Assembly: GCA_965203805.1 (NCBI GenBank)
Contig: OZ241917.1
Location: 5,760,001 to 5,824,000 of the forward strand
DNA length: 64,000 nucleotides
Direction of reading: 5' to 3'
From: Candidatus Latescibacterota bacterium
GTDB taxonomy: Bacteria > Latescibacterota > UBA2968 > GCA-2709665
Part shown: one piece after another, positions 9,699-16,892 of the stretch
Position numbering within the stretch: position 1 is the first letter of the stretch
How the letters are laid out: each line of letters starts with the position of its first letter
Program-made: the position numbers and the translations under genes
The notes under the pieces: generated by a model
What the model saw: only the letters and a program-made list of their open reading frames with translations
Database searches by the model: none
What the model was told of the DNA's origin: nothing

Positions 9699-10150
9699 CA
9701 GGATGGGCAGGATAAAACCGTAAGAAACTACGAAAATCGCGAGAGTCACGAAAACCGCAAAGAACAGGCCAAGTCAAAACCGCCAAACATGGATGGACAG
9801 GATGAAACCACAACAACAGGGCAAAATCGGTGACAATTGTCTGCGCTCTTTGCTTGAGACCGACGCTCGAATTACGACACGGAGTCACGTGGACTACGCA
9901 AGTCAAAGACAATAAACATGGATAGACAGGATGAACAGGATAAAACCACTAAAACAGGCCAAATTCGGTAGAAGCTGACTGTCTACGTTGCCGGAAACCG
10001 AGGCACGAACGCCAACACGGACTCAGGTGGGAAAACCTAAACAACAAACATGAACAGACAGGATGGACAGGAAAAAAAGGAAAACAGAGCCGCAAAACCA
10101 GATCAACTGAATTGTTTCAAATTGCCAGATTCAGATTATCCATCGACATC

Positions 10151-10178
10151 TTGACAATCGCTCCAAATATACTATACT
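10151..10178 (+). promoter_or_regulatory. Putative sigma70 promoter
   Basis: TTGACA N16 TATACT. Confidence 0.5.
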
Positions 10179-10373
10179 TATGTGCAGTATTTGAGTTTGG
10201 CCTGCTATGCGATTCTGTATTGTGCCGACATATCGACGATTCGTCTGTGCAGTACCGGTTCGCGATTACTTTATTCACCCATCAACATAAGATACGACAG
10301 ACTGAAGATTCAAATCTGCAGATTTACGTTGTCGTCGTAGAGTTCGGGACGTCGGTTGCTGAGGTTAAGAAAA

Positions 10374-10703
10374 ATGAGTGCCGTTGACAAATTCCACGAC
10401 GAAGCCATGGAAGCCGCTTTTTTCGCCGATCAAGAACGGCGTAGGGGAAACAAAGAGCGGTCAGAGGAGTTGTTTGACCAGGCCCTGAGCCTGGAACTCA
10501 AGGCGCTCAGTGAAATGTCCGAGCCGGTGGAGCCAACTTATTCGATACTACACCGTAGTGCCGGGTGGCTGGCTTTGGACTGCAACCAGCCGCGCCTGGC
10601 AGAGCAGTTAGCCAGCAAAGCGCTTGCTGGCGAGCCGGACCCTCGAATTGCCGAGGAGCTCCGCAACCTGTTGGAAAAGATTAAAACCAATAAACATGGA
10701 TAG
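10374..10703 (+). CDS. Small helical (TPR-like) hypothetical protein
   Basis: MSAVDKFHDEAM...EPTYSILHRSAGWLALDC; stop codon falls inside a repeat copy. Confidence 0.6.
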   Translation: MSAVDKFHDEAMEAAFFADQERRRGNKERSEELFDQALSLELKALSEMSEPVEPTYSILHRSAGWLALDCNQPRLAEQLASKALAGEPDPRIAEELRNLLEKIKTNKHG

Positions 10704-10877
10704 ACAGGATGAACAGGATAAGACCAACAAAACCGGGCGAATTCGGTGGAAGCTCATTACGCATGTTGCCGAAGCCGATGTCCGAACGCCAACACGGAGT
10801 GACGTGTAATTCGCAGATCAAGACCAACAAGCATGGATGAACAGGATAAAACCGGAAGGCAGGGCAGATGCGGATAC

Positions 10878-10980
10878 TATAGAGAAAAGGATGTTTGACA
10901 AATGCTTCAAAAAATCACGCTGATCATTGCCTTCAACAAGCGGTTGTATTTTCGAATTTATCCCCTCGGCTCGCGACCTC
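10878..10980 (-). pseudogene. Possible remnant of DUF3226-like ATPase partner gene
   Basis: Immediately downstream of the ATPase: INSKIQPLVEGNDQRDF/(frameshift)/EAFVKH, then truncated near the repeat array. Confidence 0.45.
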
Positions 10981-10981
10981 C

Positions 10982-12025
10982 CTATCGAACCTCGAGATTA
11001 TTTCGGATTGCGGAATCGATTGCATCAGGTTCATAGGTGATACAACGGCTTGTTTTCTCGGCAATCTCGAGCCTGTGTAGCCGAAACCTGTCGTTGCTGA
11101 GAGAATCATGAGCTGCCACTATGCATTCCATACTGTGCGTGGTTGCGAATATCTGAGTCCGAAACTGCCTGGCCGCTTCATCGATAACGCGCCATACATC
11201 AGGTAGTGCCGTGTGGTGTATGCCGTTTTCGAGTTCATCTATCAAAACGACACCATCCGGTACGGAAGCGATACTCAATACAAGGCGGGCGACCTGGGTC
11301 ATGCCTTCGCCCATTACGGATAGCGGTACCAATTCGGACCATCCGATATCTCCCCAGATCATAGGTGAACCACTGGAAGATTTGTCCTCAATGCTCAGTA
11401 ATCTCGGTTCGAAAACCCGCAGTGCCTTCAGGAGCATATCTCCCCGCTCTTGCTGCCTTAACCGTCCAAACCTTACTGCGTCTTCGTGAATATTCCGATT
11501 TCGAGACGCGAGGATTATCGCCTGAAACGGGGGACTTGTCGGAGGCTGATCTACCTGAAAGCCCTGTTCCTTCATACGTATCTGGCTCGTTACCGAATTC
11601 GCTGACGGTCCAGTATACTCAAACGCGAGCAATTGCTCGTTGAGGAAATTTGTAGTGGACGTTCCATTCGTTCGGTCAAGGGGTATTTCGGTCGTCGGCT
11701 GTCTTTCCGAAGTGATCTTAAGGGTCAATTGAACGCGTGTTGAACGACGCGCGGTAATCTCGATCGATCGTCCCATATCCCGATTGAAAAAAAGCTGTTT
11801 CCAGAACGGATCGCCCGTAGAAACCCCGTGTGGCGCCAGGTCCCGAATGCCATTGTCATTCATTGCCAACTGAGTATTCCCCGCTCCGGACAGAAGAAAA
11901 ACCGCTTCAAGCAGGCTTGTCTTTCCAGAGTTGTTTTTCCCGGCAATCAGGTTGATGGCACTCAAGTGGTCAATCTCAAGCGCACCAAACCCACGGAAAT
12001 TACGTATCTGCAGGCGTGTCAACAT
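10982..12025 (-). CDS. ABC-type AAA ATPase (AAA_15/AAA_21, defence/TA-associated)
   Basis: IRNFRGF, Walker A GKNNSGKT, signature GEG, Walker B LIDELENGIH, TTHS; lower GC than core genes. Confidence 0.9.
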   Translation of the reverse strand: MLTRLQIRNFRGFGALEIDHLSAINLIAGKNNSGKTSLLEAVFLLSGAGNTQLAMNDNGIRDLAPHGVSTGDPFWKQLFFNRDMGRSIEITARRSTRVQLTLKITSERQPTTEIPLDRTNGTSTTNFLNEQLLAFEYTGPSANSVTSQIRMKEQGFQVDQPPTSPPFQAIILASRNRNIHEDAVRFGRLRQQERGDMLLKALRVFEPRLLSIEDKSSSGSPMIWGDIGWSELVPLSVMGEGMTQVARLVLSIASVPDGVVLIDELENGIHHTALPDVWRVIDEAARQFRTQIFATTHSMECIVAAHDSLSNDRFRLHRLEIAEKTSRCITYEPDAIDSAIRNNLEVR

Positions 12026-12126
12026 CGCCGCGTCTCCCGGCTTTCAGCCAACGACCCAAACTGATGCGGTTCGGACATTATATCGAAAATGATTGTGTAA
12101 ATCAAATCGTTCAACGATGACGCCGA

Positions 12127-12186
12127 ATACTGCTGCTTCAACAAACCCGTCGCGGCTTCCGAAGGAATGACGTGGATATAGGGCAT
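12127..12186 (-). pseudogene. Duplicated 5' fragment of the AhpD-like gene with its upstream region
   Basis: MPYIHVIPSEAATGLLKQQY vs MPYIDVIPPEAATGLLKQQY; ~12128-12300 matches ~9515-9720. Confidence 0.85.
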
Positions 12187-12816
12187 TCGCGGCCTTTTTC
12201 CGACATGGATCAATGCGGAAACGGAAAAACCAAAAAGGCAAGGCAACTTCAACGACACAAAACATCAAACATGGATGGACAGGATAGTCAGGATAAAACC
12301 ACAACAACAGGGCAAATGCGGTGGAAGCCGAATGCCTTGGCTGTCAGCGGACCCTCCAACGCTGACACGGAGTCACGTGGAATAATCGAAACCAAAACAA
12401 CAAACATGGATGGACAGGATACACAGGATAAGTGCATAAGAACGGGGCAAATACGGCGGAAGCTGAATGCCTTGGCTGTCCAGCGGACCCTCCAACGCTG
12501 ACACGGAGTCACGTGGAATAATCGAAACCAAAACAACAAACATGGATGGACAGGATACACAGGATAAAACCACTAAAACAGGGCAGAAACGGCGAAGCAG
12601 ACTATGCTTGTTGCTTGACGCCGACGCCTGAACGCCGACACGGACTCATGTGGACTTCGCAAGTCAAAGACAATAAACATGGATGGACAGGATGAACAGG
12701 ATAAAACCACTAAAACAGGGCAGAAGCGTTGAAGCCGATTATGCTTGTTGTACGAAACCGACATCCGGCTGCCGACAAGGACCAGGTTTTTTCCAATCAA
12801 TCCAGAGGTGTCGTTT

Positions 12817-13227
12817 TTATTCCTGCCCTTTCTGAGTCCGTGTAAATCGTTTAAACTCCAACTTAGGCTTCCCGAAGTTGATCAGCAGCCCCACCTCAAC
12901 GCGGGTGGCATTCAGATAGTTGATGATCTGGGCTTCGTGCTCCCTGGTGATGGCTCTGACCGCCTTGAGTTCCACGATCACTTTGTTCTCCACCAGAATA
13001 TCAGCGACATAATCGCCGACCGTTTCACCTCGAAAACGCACACGAATAGGCCGCTGTGTTTCGTGCGAAATACCGGCGTCGGTTAAGGCAACTTTCATCG
13101 CCTTCTCGTAAACTGATTCCAGGAATCCACTCCCGAGTTCTTTCGTCACGTCCAAAGCACATCCGATTATCTTCCGGGTCAAGCCAGCGTGTAACAACCC
13201 TTTATCTTGCCTATCCTGTCTATCCAT
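12817..13227 (-). CDS. GxxExxY protein (PD-(D/E)XK nuclease superfamily)
   Basis: LT.KIIGCA..V..ELGSGFLESVY, ADILVENKVIVELKAV, AQIINYL, GLLINFG; N-terminus MDRQDRQDK encoded by a repeat copy. Confidence 0.92.
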   Translation of the reverse strand: MDRQDRQDKGLLHAGLTRKIIGCALDVTKELGSGFLESVYEKAMKVALTDAGISHETQRPIRVRFRGETVGDYVADILVENKVIVELKAVRAITREHEAQIINYLNATRVEVGLLINFGKPKLEFKRFTRTQKGQE

Positions 13228-13699
13228 AGTTTCCCTGTTTCAAATCTCGATGGACCTTCGCTACCGTTTGCAACTTACATGGATGGACAGGATACACAGG
13301 ATGAAAACCTACAAAAGCCGGCAAAGCCCGTCAGTGATTCGAGTCGATGTTGTCTGATTCTCGTTCTTCGACTTGTTTCTTCCCCGTTACTTGTCTTTCT
13401 GCTTTTATCCTGCCTATCCTGTTCATCCGTGTTGTATGGTTTTGATCTTTCGTCTTGGTTCTTCCCCGTTGTTGTCTGGCTCTTATCCTGCCTATCCTGT
13501 GTATCCATGTTTCGTGGTCTTGATTTTTCGATTTGCTTTTCCCCGTTGTTGTCCCGCTCTCTGGTTTTCAGGTTTTGTCCTGTTTCTCCATGATTCCTGG
13601 GTCTTCGGTTTGCTTCTTCCCGTTTTTTTGGCTTTCCGCTTTTATCCTGTCCATCCTGTATATCCATGTTCCCCTGTATCAATCCTCGATGGTCTCTCG

Positions 13700-14197
13700 C
13701 TACCACCCGCCCACCTGCGTCCGGTCCACGATATCCCGTGTGAGGATGTCGAACGCGGCGCCGAGGCCTGCGTGCCGGGCTTCCTCGCGCTGGCCGGCGG
13801 CGCTGTAGATACCGTATCCCTTCAGGCGCTTCTCCTCCCACAACAGCTTCTTGTTCTTCACGTCGAAACAGCTGACGTCCAGGAAGACCGAAATCTGGAA
13901 CTGGTCCTCCTGGCCGCGGTAGGTGAACGGGTCGTCCCGCACCTCCACGATCGTGCCGCGAAGCACGACGTCCGCACGGTCCTCGTCCGTCACGCGCAGC
14001 GCCGCGTCCTGGATGAACGCCTGGATCAGGCTGTCCGTTAGGGCCTGCTGGATCTCCGGCTCCAGGCTCTCGTTCTCCATCAGCGGAATGGCCACCGAGC
14101 GGAAACCCGATCCGCCGGTCGCGGAGGTCGAATAGTACGCGCATCCGCCCAGCCCGAACAGGACCAGCGCGGCGCAGGGAAGGAGAGAACGCTTCAA
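13700..14197 (-). CDS. lptE: LptE-like lipoprotein
   Basis: Lipobox LGGC, SVAIPLMENES, ADVVLRGTI. Confidence 0.75.
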   Translation of the reverse strand: MKRSLLPCAALVLFGLGGCAYYSTSATGGSGFRSVAIPLMENESLEPEIQQALTDSLIQAFIQDAALRVTDEDRADVVLRGTIVEVRDDPFTYRGQEDQFQISVFLDVSCFDVKNKKLLWEEKRLKGYGIYSAAGQREEARHAGLGAAFDILTRDIVDRTQVGGW

Positions 14198-14646
14198 TCC
14201 GATTCCTCCTTCGCTTCCGAGGCGTCCTCCGCCGGCGGATCCGCTGACTTCGCTTCCTCTGGCGTCTCGGCTTCATCGCTTTCGGCGGTATCGTCCCCGG
14301 CAGTCGCTTCGACGTCCGCGGCGGGCGCCTCGGCCTCATCCTCGGACGCCTCCGCCTCGTCCGGACCCTTGTTCGCTTCGTCCACGTAGTTCATCCTCAA
14401 CTCGTACAGCGCGTGCTCCAGAAACTTCTGTTCGTTGTCGCTGAGATTGCCCTTCGTCTTCGCCTGAAGCATGCCCAGGATATCAATGGTGTTCTTCGCC
14501 TGCGCGAGGTCCCGTTCCACCTTGTTGGTCGCCGGGTTCATCACCTTGCCCAGATGCTGCCAGGCCGCCCCCTGAAACATCAGCACGACCTGCGTAAACA
14601 GAAACTCGTTCATCTGCTCCTGGGAGATGGATTCACTTTCAGCCAT
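14194..14646 (-). CDS. DUF1844 domain protein with acidic tail
   Basis: AWQHLGK..NP...RDL.QAK.TIDILGMLQ.KTKGNL..E...L..ALYELRMNYV. Confidence 0.85.
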   Translation of the reverse strand: MAESESISQEQMNEFLFTQVVLMFQGAAWQHLGKVMNPATNKVERDLAQAKNTIDILGMLQAKTKGNLSDNEQKFLEHALYELRMNYVDEANKGPDEAEASEDEAEAPAADVEATAGDDTAESDEAETPEEAKSADPPAEDASEAKEESD

Positions 14647-14923
14647 GTCAATAACCTCCTTGAAATGATTGACTTATTCACTTCGTGGCAATGTGCTGAT
14701 ATGGTCCTGAATCGTTGTGTGGGTAGACGTTAGCCTCAATCCGAAAAAAACAGCAACGCGGCGACGCGATAAAACCTTCCGAAACGGGGTGTTATCGACG
14801 TATAGAAGGACGTTCTTTCCCTTCACGTCCAGTGACCTGGTGTATCCTGGTAATCCGCCGTCTAATCGCCTTTATTTACAAGCACATATTCGAATTTACG
14901 TCCCCGAAGACTTACGAATCAAG

Positions 14924-15150
14924 GTTAGACGTAAGAGGGGAGAGATTACCAGCCCTGTGAGGTCTCAATTCAGGCCGGAGGCTTTAAGGAAGAGCATATC
15001 GGGCAAGGACTTCCTCTACCGTCTTGCGTCTCACGTCTCACCGGTTTTATGGAAGAACCAATCGGGCAAAGATGTCCTCTACCGTCTACCGTCTCCCGTC
15101 TCACCGCTTTCAGTTCTTCCTTCTTCCTTCTTCCTTTTCCCTTCTCACCT
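14924..15150. repeat. Heptamer-based repeat element
   Basis: ttagacgtaagagggagaga ... tcgggcaa.ga..tcctctaccgtct..cgtctc.cgtctcaccg present twice (~14999, ~15062); shared with 21245-21300. Confidence 0.65.
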
Positions 15151-15777
15151 CTTCCCCCCTATCGCTTCCTTTAATTTCGCCATCGCCGTCCCGGCGTCCG
15201 CCCATCCGCGGACGATGTCCATCTGCGCGTCGCCCCGTTTCACGACCACGCTGGGAAACTCCCTCACGCCCATCGACCTGCGCAGGTTGAAGCCCGCCTG
15301 CAATTCCGCCTCGATTTCCCGAGACCGGATATCCCGGTCGAACCGTTGCGCGTCCAGCGGCGGAGAAAGCGACCTGGCAACCGCGGTCAGCGTATCGACG
15401 TCCGAGGGGTTCCGCGCCTCCCGATAATATGCCCGCTGGATGGCATCGAACATTTCGGGCGCGGCGTCGTCCCGCTGCGCCCCTGCCGCCAGCACCGCTC
15501 GGCAGGCCGGGTAGGTCGACCGGCGAGGTTTGCAGTTGCGCCAGAAGTCCCAGTTGAATTCAGCCCCCGTCGTCTTTGTGACCTCACGCCAGTTCATCTG
15601 TACGTACGCGCGGGTCTCTTCCGGCATCGGATCCTCCGAATCCCTGGCCAGTCCGCCCATCACGTAGATCACCGGGATGGAATCCGGAAGCGCCGCCACA
15701 ATTTCCTGAAGTACCGGCCGGAACCCCCAGCACCACGAACACATGGGGTCGGCCACGTAATAGAGTCTGTGATCCAC
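15145..15777 (-). CDS. DsbA-like thioredoxin-fold protein
   Basis: YVADPMCSWCWGF, GGLA, RRSTYPACRAV, GV.EFPSV. Confidence 0.9.
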   Translation of the reverse strand: MDHRLYYVADPMCSWCWGFRPVLQEIVAALPDSIPVIYVMGGLARDSEDPMPEETRAYVQMNWREVTKTTGAEFNWDFWRNCKPRRSTYPACRAVLAAGAQRDDAAPEMFDAIQRAYYREARNPSDVDTLTAVARSLSPPLDAQRFDRDIRSREIEAELQAGFNLRRSMGVREFPSVVVKRGDAQMDIVRGWADAGTAMAKLKEAIGGKR

Positions 15778-16414
15778 GATTCGTCCCTTTGAAGGATGCG
15801 TACGAAGAGGCAGACGTTAGCGAGGGTTGAATGACCTCGGACGGTCCGGCTTGCGACGCCGGATTTCACAACCGCCGCCAAGGTACAATATTAACCTCAA
15901 TTCGAAAAAAGAAAACCGAAAAATCGGCCACGAAAAGCACAAAAGGCCTGCCTGCAGCGCCTGTCTGCGTGCGTGCCACACGCACAGGCAGGCACAGAAA
16001 GCATCGGTGCAATGCGGCGTGTGTCGTAACGCGGTGACCCTGCAGTTATTTCCTCACCGGGCCGAAAAGGTCGTCCGGAAGCACACTTTTTTTGTTTACG
16101 TCCAATGACCCGCAGGTTCCTGGAAATCCGACGTTAACTCACGTTTATCAACTTGCATATGTTCGAACTGACGTTCCCGAAAAATGACGAATGGAGGTTA
16201 AAGACGGGAGTCCAAAAAGGCAGGCCCGTCGACCCCGTATGAATCTGTACAATCGCGTCTCAGCGCGCCTTTCCTGCGGCCCGACAGAATCCGCTTGCGC
16301 GGGCGCGACAGTTGTGCGTACTTTCCACAACACTGTTCCTGCGTGATCCGTCCCGTGCACTCGAGCTGCATCGGGACCGGTTTATCGGAAATTCATCAGA
16401 AAAGGAGGTCGCCC

Positions 16415-16879
16415 GTGAACGTGGAAGTCACTATTAACGGCGAGCGCCACAGCCACGACGTGGAGCCCAGGCTGCTGCTTGTGCATTATCTGCGCGACGT
16501 CGTTGGTCTCACCGGCACCCACGTCGGCTGCGAAACGAGCCTTTGCGGCGCCTGCACGGTGATGCTCGACGGGCAGGCTGTGAAATCCTGTACACTGCTC
16601 GCGGTACAGGCGAACGGCGCCGAGATTACCACCATCGAGGGCCTGGCCGAGAACGGCGAACTTCATCCCGTACAGGAGGGCTTCTGGGAATGTCACGGCC
16701 TTCAGTGCGGTTTCTGCACGCCCGGGATGATCATCGCCGCCCACCAGTTGTTGCAGCGCAACTCGCGGCCCACCGAGGCGCAGATCCGTCGCGGCATCGA
16801 GGGCAACCTGTGCCGCTGCACCGGGTACCAGCACATTGTGGACGCCGTCCAGTACGCGGCCCGAAAGATGAGATCCTGA
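16415..16879 (+). CDS. coxS: Molybdenum hydroxylase small [2Fe-2S] subunit (CoxS/CutS-like)
   Basis: [27 protein letters not shown]; AAGGAGG SD with GTG start. Confidence 0.9.
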   Translation: MNVEVTINGERHSHDVEPRLLLVHYLRDVVGLTGTHVGCETSLCGACTVMLDGQAVKSCTLLAVQANGAEITTIEGLAENGELHPVQEGFWECHGLQCGFCTPGMIIAAHQLLQRNSRPTEAQIRRGIEGNLCRCTGYQHIVDAVQYAARKMRS

Positions 16880-16892
16880 AAGGAGATCTTCC

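Larger units (their letters stand above)
5928..13670. repeat. Dispersed and arrayed ~30 bp repeat family CATGGATGGACAGGATnnnCAGGATAAAACC, ~27 copies
   Basis: + copies at 5928, 6066, 6301, 6565, 7559, 8735, 9656, 9788, 9917, 10049, 10695, 10832, 12270, 12405, 12541, 12678, 13278; - copies at ~6225, 6491, 6755, 8080, 8931, 13201, 13403, 13483, 13573, 13640 (some partial or degenerate). Confidence 0.92.

Noticed and set aside
8961-9749. Two separate small ORFs or a pseudogene for the AhpD-like gene
   Set aside because: The stop is TGA exactly at a catalytic Cys position with a downstream hairpin, so recoding is the better explanation.
12270-12710. CRISPR array interpretation of the regularly spaced repeats
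   Set aside because: Spacers are ~100 bp and homologous to each other (shared GAAGCTGA, ACACGGAGTCACGTGGA blocks), repeats vary and occur in both orientations, and no cas genes are in the window.
5750-13700. Integron, prophage or IS-bounded island
   Set aside because: No tyrosine/serine recombinase, transposase or phage gene, and the repeats do not fit attC R-box consensus.
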